Shown: one piece after another, positions 9,949 to 20,183 of the stretch
Numbering within the stretch: position 1 is the first letter of the stretch
How the letters are laid out: every line of letters starts with the position of its first letter
Assembly: GCA_963845565.1 (NCBI GenBank)
Contig: CAWJSJ010000002.1
Span: forward strand, 512,001 to 576,000
Length of the DNA: 64,000 nucleotides
Origin: an uncultured Methylomirabilota bacterium
GTDB lineage: Bacteria; Methylomirabilota; Methylomirabilia; Methylomirabilales; 2-02-FULL-66-22
Reading direction: 5' to 3'
Position numbers and translations under genes: made by a program
Notes under the pieces: generated by a model
What the model was told of the DNA's origin: nothing
Database searches by the model: none
Seen by the model: the letters and a program-made list of their open reading frames with translations, nothing else

Positions 9949-10305
9949 GACCCACTCCAACGCCTTCTTCTTCCAGGCGTAGGCCAGCCCCACGAGGAGG
10001 ATGCCGATGAAGATCATCATCTCGACGAAGGCGAACAGCCCCATCTCCCGGAACACGATGGCCCAGGGAAACAGGAACACCGTCTCGACCGCGAAGATGA
10101 TATAGACGAGCGCATAGAGATAGTACCGCACGTGGAACCGGATCCACCCGATGCCGATGGGCTCCTCGCCGCACTCGTAACTCGTGAGCTTGCGAGGGGT
10201 CGGGTTGTCCGGACGGATGATCCGCGAGACGACCTCGATGTTGAGGATGACGAAAAGGGCGCCGACGATCAGGAAAAATCCGGCGTAGGCATAATCCGCT
10301 GCCAT
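9946..10305 (-). CDS. nuoA: NADH-quinone oxidoreductase subunit A
   Basis: KLTSYECGEEP, YYLYALVYIIFAVETVFLFPWA, YAWKKKALEW. Confidence 0.96.
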   Translation of the reverse strand: MAADYAYAGFFLIVGALFVILNIEVVSRIIRPDNPTPRKLTSYECGEEPIGIGWIRFHVRYYLYALVYIIFAVETVFLFPWAIVFREMGLFAFVEMMIFIGILLVGLAYAWKKKALEWV

Positions 10306-10460
10306 GGGGCCTCCCCCTCAGGAGCCAGGGACAGACGGCAAAAGGGACCGTGAGGCGAGAAATCGTGTGACAGGACACCCGGCCATGCGCGATCACGGCG
10401 ATAATGGAGCCCTCGTCCGGGGCCTCGCAACCGTCCAGAAACCGGGCCAAAAGTGTGGTT

Positions 10461-10489
10461 TTTCTAACACTCTGACCACACCCTGTCAA
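10461..10489 (-). promoter_or_regulatory. Putative sigma70 promoter of nuo operon
   Basis: TTGACA (10489-10484), 17-bp spacer, TAGAAA. Confidence 0.55.
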
Positions 10490-10569
10490 GGGAAATGCTG
10501 GCGAAAGAGTCGCCGTCCCAGGACCCGTACCGCGCCCGATCGCGACCGACGCGGTGCGGGCGGGCGGCA

Positions 10570-11700
10570 CTAGATTCGGAGCCACTCCCGCTGAAGGGCA
10601 TGCCAGAGCGCGAGGCCGGCGAGGTATCCGGCACCCATGTTCCAGAGCGAGATACCGGCGGTAAGGAGGACGACATAGCGGTCGCCCCGCTGGGACCCGT
10701 TCCCGTGGGCTCCGGCCGCCAGCTCCAACCCTCCGAAAAGGAGTATCACACCCAAGAGCGACCGGGGGAACAGCTTGAAGAGTGTGGCCACCGAGTCCGA
10801 GAGGAACAGCCCGATAAACAGGATCAGGGCGCCCAAGATCACGAGTGCACCGCCAGTTCGTGCCCCGAAGCGCACGTGGCCCGCCATACCGCCGGCCCCG
10901 TGGCACATCGGCACACCCCCCAGACTCGTCCCGACGAGGTTCATGATCCCGTGGTCCACGGCCACGGCTTTCACGGTGATTCGCCGGTCCGGAAAGAGCG
11001 TGTTGTTCTCCTCCACGGTGGCGATGATCGCGTTGCCCAAGGTGAGGGCCACTTGGGGGAGCCCCAGGACCACGATGCCGGTGACTATTTCCGGCCAACT
11101 GATCTTGGTGAGCGCGAGTTCGGGCAGTCGGAAGCGGAGGGAACATTCGGCCAGGCCGGTCAGGAGCGCCGGCTCCCGGAACAGCGCGACCGTCACGCCG
11201 AATCCCAACAAGACCAGCATGGCCGGCACGCGCTCCCGGGACAGCAGAAAAAAGGTGAGCGCCGTGGCGACCGCCGCAAGGATGAAGTCGCCCTCCATCA
11301 TCGTGACCCCCTCGGCGATGAACCCAAGGCCCAAGCTGAGCACCAAGCCCTGCACGATTGGGCGACTGGTGATCTTGGCGATCCAGCTCACGGTGCCCGT
11401 CATCCCCATGACGAGCCAGAAGAGGCCGCTGAACAGCCCGGACGCCCAGATCGCGCCTGGCGTGATTACCCCGGGGTGGGTGATGGCAGTCGTGCCGATG
11501 GCCTTCATCGGCTGGATGGGCACCGGCGTCTTGAAGTACAGCCCCGCGAAGATCTTGAAGAGACCGAACGCGACGAGGATCCCGACCGGATCCATCTTGC
11601 TGATGGTGATATACCCGACCACAAAAGGGATGAGAGTGCCGAGGTCGCCGAAGGCTCCCGCGAATTCCCGCAGATCGTACGTATTTCCGCCGATCCTCAA
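10570..11700 (-). CDS. Putative sulfate/molybdate transporter (MOT1-like)
   Basis: EFAGAFGDLGTLIP, PVPIQPMKAI, GGVPMCHGAGGMAGHVRFGARTGG; TTG start after purine-rich RBS. Confidence 0.85.
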   Translation of the reverse strand: MRIGGNTYDLREFAGAFGDLGTLIPFVVGYITISKMDPVGILVAFGLFKIFAGLYFKTPVPIQPMKAIGTTAITHPGVITPGAIWASGLFSGLFWLVMGMTGTVSWIAKITSRPIVQGLVLSLGLGFIAEGVTMMEGDFILAAVATALTFFLLSRERVPAMLVLLGFGVTVALFREPALLTGLAECSLRFRLPELALTKISWPEIVTGIVVLGLPQVALTLGNAIIATVEENNTLFPDRRITVKAVAVDHGIMNLVGTSLGGVPMCHGAGGMAGHVRFGARTGGALVILGALILFIGLFLSDSVATLFKLFPRSLLGVILLFGGLELAAGAHGNGSQRGDRYVVLLTAGISLWNMGAGYLAGLALWHALQREWLRI

Positions 11701-11879
11701 CGCCCCCTCCCCTCCTTGCGGGTGGTTGGACGGGTATGCTAGCATGAGCATAGTGCATCGCCAAGGGCGATGTCGTCCCGCCGGTCCGCACCGCGGGGTG
11801 ATCCAACACACTGGCACACGTTCTCCACCCGCGCCGCCCCAGCGGGGCGTCCTTGATGACTCCGGAGGGATCTCGGCGG

Positions 11880-12110
11880 TACCGATTGAGCCCCGGCTTC
11901 AAGCGCTCTTCGTCGCCTTTTTCCGGCTCGGCGCCACCGCCTACCGGAAACCGGCCATGATGGCCTACCTCCGGCAGGAGTGCGTCGGGAAGCGGCAATG
12001 GCTCACCAAGCAGGACTTCAAAGAGGGGATGGCGCTCTGCCATACAATCCCCGGGGCCACCATGATGTAGATGGCGACGTACATGGGCTTTGGCGGCCTT
12101 CCTCGGAATG
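11880..12110 (+). pseudogene. Chromate transporter (ChrA-like) N-terminal remnant
   Basis: LFVAFFRLGATAY..PAMMAYLRQECVGKRQWLTKQDFKEGMALCHTIPGATMM*MATYMG; in-frame stop, truncated. Confidence 0.75.
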
Positions 12111-12306
12111 CTGCTCCTGGTGGCGTACTATTTCGCACGAGAAGCGCTGGTTGATTGGAAGACGTGGGCATTGATGGGGGCGGCCTGGCTTGCGCTCTGG
12201 CGGAAAGTGGACCTTCTCCTGATCGTCGGGGTGGGCGCGGCCCTTTCGGTGGTCCTTTTCTGACGACTCGGGCGACCGACCGCTCGGTGTCGCGGCGTGG
12301 AAAGGC

Positions 12307-13128
12307 TCAGCGGGCAAGCGCCTGTAAGAGAACCCGCGCGCCGATGAACCCGAGGGCGATCGCGAGTCCGCGCATGATCCAAGCGCCGTGGACCCGGCTG
12401 GACGCGCGCGCGCCAAGCTGCGCGCCGATGAGGACGCCGATGGCCAGAGCGAGCGTCCGCCGCACGCCGTGAGCAAAGACGCCGGTCGCAACGTGGACCA
12501 GCGTCCCCACCAGCGCCATGACCGCCAGGACAAAGTGAGAGGTGGCCGTCGCGACGTGCACCGGGAAGTGCAACAGGTAGGAAAGCGCAGGAACGTGGAT
12601 GATCCCGCCGCCGATTCCGAGCAGGCTTGAGAGAAACCCTACGACCAGGCTGAGTCCCACACCCAACGGCTGATTGTAGGCGTAGGTGTGACAGGTTCCA
12701 TCCGCTTCGACGAGGCTTCGCGTCACGGCCCAAGCCGGGCGGGCGCCCGGTGCGGTCGCGCGGTCGCGGCCGCCTGCCAGCAACACGATCGATCCCACCA
12801 TCAGCAGCAGCCCCAGCACGCCGTCGAACAGACGACGCGGAAGGAGCGGCGTGACGAGCGCCCCGAGGATGGCACCGGGTATGGTGGCGATCGCGAAGAC
12901 GCCGCCGGATCGGTAGTCAATGCGGCCCATGCGCGCGTAGGCCGCAGATCCGGAAAGGGCGTTGAAGAAGACCACCGCGAGCGAGATGCTGGTCAAGAGT
13001 TCCGGGCTGTCGGCGGGATAGAGCAAGGCCAGGATCGGCACCAGGACGAACCCGCCGCCCGCGCCGATCAGGGTGCCGTAGGCGCCGACCACGAATCCCA
13101 GCGGCACCAGCCACCACACAGAGCCCAT
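12307..13128 (-). CDS. Sulfite exporter TauE/SafE family membrane protein
   Basis: GTLIGAGGGFVLVPIL and SSLLGIGGGIIHVPAL repeats, ATATSHF. Confidence 0.9.
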   Translation of the reverse strand: MGSVWWLVPLGFVVGAYGTLIGAGGGFVLVPILALLYPADSPELLTSISLAVVFFNALSGSAAYARMGRIDYRSGGVFAIATIPGAILGALVTPLLPRRLFDGVLGLLLMVGSIVLLAGGRDRATAPGARPAWAVTRSLVEADGTCHTYAYNQPLGVGLSLVVGFLSSLLGIGGGIIHVPALSYLLHFPVHVATATSHFVLAVMALVGTLVHVATGVFAHGVRRTLALAIGVLIGAQLGARASSRVHGAWIMRGLAIALGFIGARVLLQALAR

Positions 13129-13591
13129 CGTGAGGCTCCTCCCGGAGAGCACTTGTTGATCGCGTTCCGGCTCGTCCTCGAGTCTTCGTCCAGACTATAC
13201 CACCAAGACGTGACGCCGGCCACCGCGGCAGCGGGTCAAGACGGACGTGATGGCTTCTCGCGGTCGGTATTGCGCTTGCGTGGTCGCGGTTGTTGGTTCA
13301 CAGTCGGGTACGCTCGGAGTGACGCCGCCGATCGCTCTGGAGGCACTCGGCGCCTCGGTCCGGGCAACGGGTATACTGTGCGGTGTGTAAAATAGGCGAC
13401 ACACCAACCGGGACCGCACAGTCCGGGGGAGAGTCCGAGGAGGGGCGGAGGCCCGCCCCTCGCGGTGGGGTGCGCCGGGAGGGCCGAGAGCTTTCCGCGT
13501 GTCTCTGTAAGAGCGAGGGCCTTCCCCGCGAACGCAGCAGCGCGGGGGCGGTGTAGTCATTCTTCCGCGCTGCGTAGTAAGGGGGTGGGAG

Positions 13592-14209
13592 ATGAGGAAA
13601 GTAACGGGAATCGGTCTGGTTGGACTCGTGCTTGGCCTGATGGCTCCTGGGGCAACCGTTTTCGCCCAGCAGATGCCCATTCCAGGACGCCAGGCGCACC
13701 ATCCACAGTCGGCAGCTCAATCGCTCCCCGGCCAAGGGGCCGCCGTGCCGGCCCTTTCCGGTCAGGATGCTTTCGGGGCCATCCAGGAGGTGGTCCGCAT
13801 CCTGGAAGCCGATCCCGCGACCGACTGGAACAAGGTCAATCTGGAGCGGTTGCGGCAGCACCTCATCGACATGAATGACGTCACGTTGCGCTCGGAGGTC
13901 AAAGCGGTCACGGTTCCAGGTGGGCTGGCCATGGACGTGACCGGGTCCGGCCGAGTCGAGGAGGCGATCCGGGGAATGGTGGTACCGCATTCCAAGGAGC
14001 TGGACTCGATGAAAGAGTGGTCGGCCCGAACGGAGCAGATTCCCGGCGGCCTGCGCCTGACAGTGTTGGCGAAGAACCCGGACGACGCCAGGACCGTCGC
14101 GCGCATCCGGGGCTTGGGCTTCATCGGCCTGCTCGTGCAGGGCGCCCATCACCAACCACACCACCTGGCGATGGCGCGAGGCAACGCGGTCGCCGGTCAC
14201 GGTCACTGA
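13592..14209 (+). CDS. Exported hypothetical protein, His-rich C-terminus (possible metal binding)
   Basis: Signal-peptide-like N-terminus; ends GAHHQPHHLAMARG…GHGH. Confidence 0.75.
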   Translation: MRKVTGIGLVGLVLGLMAPGATVFAQQMPIPGRQAHHPQSAAQSLPGQGAAVPALSGQDAFGAIQEVVRILEADPATDWNKVNLERLRQHLIDMNDVTLRSEVKAVTVPGGLAMDVTGSGRVEEAIRGMVVPHSKELDSMKEWSARTEQIPGGLRLTVLAKNPDDARTVARIRGLGFIGLLVQGAHHQPHHLAMARGNAVAGHGH

Positions 14210-14646
14210 GCCTTTTTTGCACAGAGGGAGAAGAGATGCCGATGTGGAGCCACACCACGAGATTCGTGAACTCAAACGTATAGGAGATACGTACGAGGAC
14301 CCACCGAATATGGGGGCCGTTGATTCGCTTCAAGCCGGTCGGCACTAATCCATCACGTGACTTCTCTGCGCCACGTCGGAACTCAAATCCCGACTTCAAT
14401 CCTACGCATTTCAAGAGGACCGGTGCCGGGGACCGGACCCCATGTTGTGTGCATGGTTCAGGTTCGGCGAAAGCATTGAGTTGGCGGGAGGAGCTGCCGC
14501 GGTGTTCGTAGCAGGTGTACTCAGATTTCCGCGCCAGGCGTATCCACGGATAGAAGGAGTCTTTGCAGACCACAGGGATGCCCTAACCCATCGCATCCGG
14601 TGTCCGGGGCGGCCTCCGGCCACCGGTCGCCACGGTGCGCGCACCC

Positions 14647-15339
14647 TCAGTGGGGTTGCTCCTTCCGCAGGGAACGCAACTGCTCGACGAGTCCGACCAC
14701 GGTGCGGACGCCGTCAGAAAGCTCCGTGGCGAGCGTCCTCACGACCGGGGGAATCTGCTCGTGCGCTCGCACCGTCTCCAGCAGTTCTTTGGAATAGATC
14801 GTGAGGGAGATGACGGGCCGCTCGAGGTCGGTGGTGGTTTCCGCGATCGCGGCGGCGGCGGCGAGTTGTCGGTCCGCACCCGCAAGGTCGTGCTGGAGCC
14901 GGTCGCGTTCCGCGCGGGCCTGCTCCACGGCGCGTTGTTTCTCGGCAGCTTCCTGCGCTACCTCAGCAAGGGCTTTCTCGTACACATGCAGTTGCCGCCG
15001 CTCACCAACTAGGAGCGCGGTGGTCACCGCGATCAGGCTAAAGCTGATCCAGTGGGCGATGGCCTCCCAATAGGGATACTTCAGGGCCGCAGTCACCTCG
15101 GGGGACAGGAGCGTCACCCCAACGTAGAGGAGGCTGGCCACCCCGGCGAAGAGCAAACAGAGTCCCACCGGCTCAAAGAGCGCGATGGCGAGCAGCACGG
15201 CAATGTAGAATGGCACCAGGGTGATCAGCGGGGTGGCGTAGTCGAGCCACCCCACCCCGAGTAGGAGAAGCAGGCTCCCCACGCGGCGGACCCGCGGTGC
15301 CGTGCGCAGTGCCTCCTGCACCTTCTCCAGTTCGGCCAT
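14647..15339 (-). CDS. Membrane protein with coiled coil and His-less DHp-like C-terminus (paralog A)
   Basis: About 4 TM segments, YPYW, coiled coil, TTDLERPVISLTIYSKEL; no HATPase domain; RBS GGAGGGGAG. Confidence 0.75.
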   Translation of the reverse strand: MAELEKVQEALRTAPRVRRVGSLLLLLGVGWLDYATPLITLVPFYIAVLLAIALFEPVGLCLLFAGVASLLYVGVTLLSPEVTAALKYPYWEAIAHWISFSLIAVTTALLVGERRQLHVYEKALAEVAQEAAEKQRAVEQARAERDRLQHDLAGADRQLAAAAAIAETTTDLERPVISLTIYSKELLETVRAHEQIPPVVRTLATELSDGVRTVVGLVEQLRSLRKEQPH

Positions 15340-15849
15340 ACTCCCCTCCGCGCCAACCTGCGCCAACCCCGTGCGAGGTTGGCGGCATACCGTAGCATGT
15401 GGTCGTCCGGCGAAGCAATAGACAAGGCCGGCCCGATGGTCGCGCCGACGCGGGGGCGTCGTCGTCGGGCTAAAGACACGGGGCCCGGGCACTGCCCTGA
15501 CGGGCCACGCCGTCGCCCCCAACCCGCCCGCCCCGGGGAGCGGGAGGAGCCTGCGGCGGTGCGCGCCGTCCCTCCGGGATGCGCACGCGGAGAAGATCCC
15601 GCGCGGCCTGCGCCTGGCGGGGGTGGCGCGGTACCCGGGCGACTCCGCCCCCGGCGCCCAAATCCGTCACCCCGGCTTTATCGGCCGTCGGGCGCCGGGG
15701 GTCTCTCGCCAGTCACACCCTGCGACAATGCTTCGAAAAATATGGCATGGCCGTGCGCGGCAAGGACGGTGAACCCGCATGTGGGCGAACCTGAGCCAAC
15801 ACAAGGGCCACCGCGCCCCGACCGAGATCCGCGCGCACCGACAGTCTGA

Positions 15850-15965
15850 GCTTGTCACGAGCTGATTACACAATACATAGCATCTATTGGTTAGTATGTT
15901 ACATAAAGATTAATAGTATATTACTAATAATCTCCTGAGTAATTCTTGGCTCATACGGAATCCTG
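15850..15965. promoter_or_regulatory. AT-rich regulatory region
   Basis: Sharp AT-rich tract in GC-rich DNA, includes TAATAGTATATTACTAATA and ATCTATTGG. Confidence 0.5.
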
Positions 15966-16064
15966 TGCGTAATGTACGATCCAGTTGCTGGACAGCACCC
16001 TAGAAATCAGAGCGTGCGTCGTCACGGCATTCTCTCTGGACGGACCCACAACAGGAGGAGACCG

Positions 16065-16364
16065 ATGTCGGACCGCAATGAGATCAAGATCGATACCCAG
16101 GGGACCGCAGGCCAGGCAGTGGAGCGCGGGCCCATGACGTGGCGCCAAACGCTGGTGGGCGTCGGCATGTTCTGCCTCGTCATCGCCCTCTTCGCGTCGG
16201 CGGGGTTGAAAGAGTCGGGCGGGTTGGTGGGCAAGATTATCGGGGGGGTCGGCCTGATGCTAATGGCGGTAGGCATCGTCGGCAACCTGATGCATGCCAT
16301 CTCCTCCAGAAAGAACCGAGGGGTTGCGACTGACAGCCCCGTGGGCACGACCTCCCGATCCTGA
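16065..16364 (+). CDS. Small 2-TM membrane protein
   Basis: RBS AGGAGGAG; GVGMFCLVIALFASAGLKES…K. Confidence 0.7.
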   Translation: MSDRNEIKIDTQGTAGQAVERGPMTWRQTLVGVGMFCLVIALFASAGLKESGGLVGKIIGGVGLMLMAVGIVGNLMHAISSRKNRGVATDSPVGTTSRS

Positions 16365-16706
16365 CACCGGGGAACGCGAGCCGGTTCGAGGCCGGCGACA
16401 ATCCGGTTCTCGCCGGTACCGAACCGGCCTGCGAGGAGTTCTTCCGGACGCGGCAGGGAACCAGGCGGCCGCACCAGGCGTGACCCGGCCTTACCCCACC
16501 GCGTCTGCGCATACCTGCTGCCGTTCCAGCCCCCCCGCTGCATACCGCCCCTGAAACGCTCGGACGCCTCCGGCGCGCCCGGCCCTTTCCGTCAAGCGGG
16601 CGTCGCCCCTGCTCTTCCGTGCGACCGGCTGCAATTCCAGGCAAGGTCCGCAAGAAACGCGCCCGCGACCCGCGCGAGACGCCGCAGCCCATGACGGGAC
16701 ACTCGG

Positions 16707-18152
16707 TCAGTTGGGCGTACGCCGGGTCCGGGAGCGGCCCGGTTTCCCAGAAGGTCGCCGCCGGGCCCGCCGGCTCGGCACGTCCTGGGGAGTCTGTGCC
16801 ATCGTCCGGAGATAGGACACGAGGTTGATAGGCCGGGCGGTGAGGCCAAGCTTGGCGCGGAGGTTGTTCCGGTGGAACGCGATCGCACTCGGCGAGACAC
16901 GCAGGAGCCCCGCGATTTCCTTCGTCCGTTTTCCCAACCGTACCAGGTCTGCGATCTGGATCTCCGTCGGCGTGAGCTGGAGTTTCCAGGCGTCGAGCTG
17001 CCGAACGAAGGACGCGGCGACGTGGCGCAGGTTAGCCTCGACGACCTCGACGAGGACCCGTTGGTCGGCCGTCAGGGAGGTCCCTTTCAGGGTCTCGACG
17101 TGCGCCAGGACCAGTTGCTCGAGGGTCGTGTGCAGGCCCGCCAGGTGCCGCTGGCTCTCCTGCTCCCGATGCTCCAGGAGCGCGGTCAGCGCCGCGTTCA
17201 ATTTCTCGATTTTGCCGAGTTGGAGTGAGATCTCCCGGTCTTTCTGGAGCAACGCCTCCTCGGCCTGGACCCGCGCGGTGACATCGCGATTGACGCGCAG
17301 CACGCCGGGCTGGCCGTCGAACTGGATCGGCGTCACCGCTGTTTCTACGTGGAGCGCCGACTGGTCCAGTCGTACGACTGTCCGGCGTTCCGCCGGCCCC
17401 GGCATCCCCTCCGAGAGGGCGGCCCGGCTTCTTGCGCGCACCGTGGCATGGATGCTGGGGTGGAAGAGCTCGAAGAGGGAGCGACCCACGAGGACTTCGG
17501 GGCCGGCTGCCCCGATCAACCGGGCTGCCGCGGGGTTGGCGAAGACGATCCGCTCCGTCGCGTCGGAGACGACGACCGCATCCGGCAGGAATTCGATCAA
17601 CCCCCGGTACCGGGCCTCCGCCTCGCGGAGCGCCTGTTCCGCCCGTTTCGCCGCCGTGTTGTCGAAGAGGTAGCCTCGGATCTGCTGAACCTCGCCGCGG
17701 GCATCGGTCACCACGACCGCGTTCTCCACCACATGGATGCGCACGCCGTCGCGCCGCTGCCGCACGCACTCGTACTGTTCGAGTTTCCCGCGCGCGCGGA
17801 GTTCGGCGAGGAACGCGGCGTACTCCGTCTCCTCCGCATGGAGCGTGCGCAGGTTCGTCCGGAGCGCCTCTTTCCGGCTGTGGAACCCCAGGATCGCGAC
17901 GAAGGCGGGATTGCAGTCGAGGATCCGCCCCTCCGGCGTGGCGAGATAGTCCCCCGTCAAGTCGTCTTCGAACAGCCGCCGATACCGCTCCTCACTCTCC
18001 CGGAGCGCCTGATCCACCTTCTGCGCCGTTTCGAGCTGCTTGACCCGCGCGGTCGCCAGGGCCAGCTGCCGCCGCAGCGCGCGGATCTCGACGGCCGACG
18101 GGACGGTGGGGGACGCTGGTGCTGCCATAGGTTCTCCTAGGTTGTGCATCAC
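16707..18152 (-). CDS. PAS-PAS-LuxR family transcriptional regulator
   Basis: Two PAS S-boxes (EERYRRLFE, EARYRGLIE), C-terminal LTPTEIQIADLVRLGKRTKEIAGLL…FHRNNLRAKLG. Confidence 0.9.
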   Translation of the reverse strand: MMHNLGEPMAAPASPTVPSAVEIRALRRQLALATARVKQLETAQKVDQALRESEERYRRLFEDDLTGDYLATPEGRILDCNPAFVAILGFHSRKEALRTNLRTLHAEETEYAAFLAELRARGKLEQYECVRQRRDGVRIHVVENAVVVTDARGEVQQIRGYLFDNTAAKRAEQALREAEARYRGLIEFLPDAVVVSDATERIVFANPAAARLIGAAGPEVLVGRSLFELFHPSIHATVRARSRAALSEGMPGPAERRTVVRLDQSALHVETAVTPIQFDGQPGVLRVNRDVTARVQAEEALLQKDREISLQLGKIEKLNAALTALLEHREQESQRHLAGLHTTLEQLVLAHVETLKGTSLTADQRVLVEVVEANLRHVAASFVRQLDAWKLQLTPTEIQIADLVRLGKRTKEIAGLLRVSPSAIAFHRNNLRAKLGLTARPINLVSYLRTMAQTPQDVPSRRARRRPSGKPGRSRTRRTPN

Positions 18153-18324
18153 ATCCTTGCGTGCTGGAAATATATTAGCACGACTTCGCTAGGTACTAAC
18201 TAGTGATCCTCTAGAAATCTATTGGTGCAGCGAGGTGTCCGATTTGCCGTAGACTCCTTATGAACGCTGACGATTCCGGCTCCGGGGCGCCGGTCTTTCA
18301 GGGTCGCGGTGCGTATCCTGGGAA

Positions 18325-18531
18325 GTGTGGAGCGACGAGGGGAGCGGCCATGACGCGCCCCAATGGTTGTTGGCGATTGGGTTCGCTCTGTGCGTCGTCG
18401 GGGTCATGGTCGCGACCGTGACGCAAGGCAGCCCGGCGGGGCGTCTATCGCGGCGGGCCCACGTGGCCCCGGCGCCCCGTTGGTCCAAACCCCCACTTAG
18501 GAGATCCAGCCATGGTGACTCCCGGCAATGA
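18325..18531 (+). CDS. Possible small membrane protein (start uncertain, possibly frameshifted from ATG 18350)
   Basis: WLLAIGFALCVVGVMVATV hydrophobic segment. Confidence 0.35.
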   Translation: MWSDEGSGHDAPQWLLAIGFALCVVGVMVATVTQGSPAGRLSRRAHVAPAPRWSKPPLRRSSHGDSRQ

Positions 18532-18796
18532 TCCGCCCGCCATGACCCCGCCGCCGCAGACCTCGCGGAATCTGACGATGGGGCTGGGGCTCTTTTGCGC
18601 CATCAGCGGGTTCTTTCCGGCCGCCGGCCTCAAGGAGGCCCTCTGGCCGAAGGTACTGGCCGTCGGCGGCATTGTCATCATGGTCGTCGGCGGCGTCGCC
18701 AACGCGCTCCGGCGCGCAGGCGCCTCCCACGCGACACCTAATGGGTGGCGCGTGGGAGGCGCTGCCGGACACATCCGGTGTGGAGGTGATCCATGA
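18512..18796 (+). CDS. Small 2-TM membrane protein, similar to 16065..16364
   Basis: GLGLFCAISGFFPAAGLKEALWPKVLAVGG. Confidence 0.6.
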   Translation: MVTPGNDPPAMTPPPQTSRNLTMGLGLFCAISGFFPAAGLKEALWPKVLAVGGIVIMVVGGVANALRRAGASHATPNGWRVGGAAGHIRCGGDP

Positions 18797-19002
18797 GTAG
18801 CCAACCGCAATCCGAGAAAATGTCTCTTCCCCGTCTGTTGATCGGTCTCGGGTTCTTTTTGGTCTTCCTCGCGGTCGGGATCGGCGCGGCGATGAAGGGG
18901 GCGGGGGATTTCCCGAAGTATCTTGCCGGCGCCGCGGTGGTGGTGATCTTCGCCGGCGCAATCGGCGGAGTCCTACAGGGGCGAATGCGCCGGGGGAACT
19001 GA
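18793..19002 (+). CDS. Small 2-TM membrane protein
   Basis: RBS GGAGGTGA, ATGA overlap; GLGFFLVFLAVGIGAAMKGAGDFPKYL. Confidence 0.7.
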   Translation: MSSQPQSEKMSLPRLLIGLGFFLVFLAVGIGAAMKGAGDFPKYLAGAAVVVIFAGAIGGVLQGRMRRGN

Positions 19003-19687
19003 GGCACGCGGTACCTGTCGCATACGATCACACGGCTCGGGTCACTCGCGTGCGACCGCGTGCGCCGCGCCGCCGATTGGTTGCGGTGTGATGCGCGCGG
19101 GAGCATCGAGGAGGTACGTTTTCCTCGCGGCTCGACCTTGAACTGCCGGTGTTGGTAATTTCCGCGGCGGTTCGAAGCGCCCGTGATGATCAACTGCCCC
19201 GCTCAGCCTCGCGCGCTCTCGCCACCGTGAAGCATGCGCTGATCAGCACCGTAGATATTCAGCGGTCGAGCGGCCGCCCCAGTTGACCGTCGGAATCAGC
19301 GCCCCCCTTCCATTCCAGCGTTCGTATGGAGCGTATTTCCGTATTACCTACCGGAGGGGAAGTGCGGGAACGACGGGCGGCTTTCTTTGAGGACGACTCG
19401 CGCACCGATGCCCACTTCTGGTCTGGTTCGGGCCGCACCACGGGTTCGAATCGGTACGCGAGAACGACTCGGTGCCGCCGTGTCGTTCTTGCTGTACAAT
19501 CCTCTCACAGCGCCAGGGGGGAACGCGCCCTGCCCGTGCAGCAGGCGAAGGCCCATCCCCGCGGAATCCGTGATCCCGACCCCGATGGGTTGGCGCCTCC
19601 GGGTATGAACCGCGGTGTCAGGGGAGCCGGTTATGGTCTTCTGGTGTCGCTCGTGAGAAGGCGGTGACAACGCCAGGGAGGCAGGAA

Positions 19688-19969
19688 ATGGCCGAGTGTG
19701 CCGATGCGCGACACGCCCTCCCTACCGTGGCACGGGTCTTGATGTGGTGCGTCCTGCTTTCCGGAGCAATCCTGCTCCTCTGGTTCTGCATGCTGGCATT
19801 CGCCGGGGAGTGGGTGTATCGCATGCATTCCCAGTTCATCCCCGTCTCCCGTGAGCACTTTGCCTTCGTGCATTACGGGGGACTGGCACTCTTCAAGGGT
19901 GCCGTGCTCGTGCTCTTTCTCGTCCCTTACCTGGCGATCCGCATCGTGCTCCGGCGAGACTGGCGCTGA
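19688..19969 (+). CDS. Small membrane protein (DUF6868-like)
   Basis: MWCVLLSGAILLLWF…WVYRMHSQFIPVSREHFAFVHYGGLALFK…LVPYLA. Confidence 0.7.
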   Translation: MAECADARHALPTVARVLMWCVLLSGAILLLWFCMLAFAGEWVYRMHSQFIPVSREHFAFVHYGGLALFKGAVLVLFLVPYLAIRIVLRRDWR

Positions 19970-20183
19970 CCGGCGCACCAGCGGGTGCACCGCTATCTGC
20001 CGTCGAAATGGATCGCGGGCGCCTCCGGTGCCGGGCGGACCGCCTGTTCGAGTTGCGCGATGGCGAGGTCGTACGCCTCCGCTCGGTAAAACTGGGCGCC
20101 GAGGGTATTGAGATTGTTGACCGTTGGTCGCCTGAACCGCATCCGCGAACCCACTGGCCGCGCCGGCTAACCGCCCTTGCCTC

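Noticed and set aside
14220..14640. Lower-GC stretch with several short ORFs
   Set aside because: No recognisable domain, RBS or repeat structure.
19500..19560. SEC-C-like PGGNAPCPCS peptide
   Set aside because: Incomplete motif in an ORF with no other support; chance or remnant.
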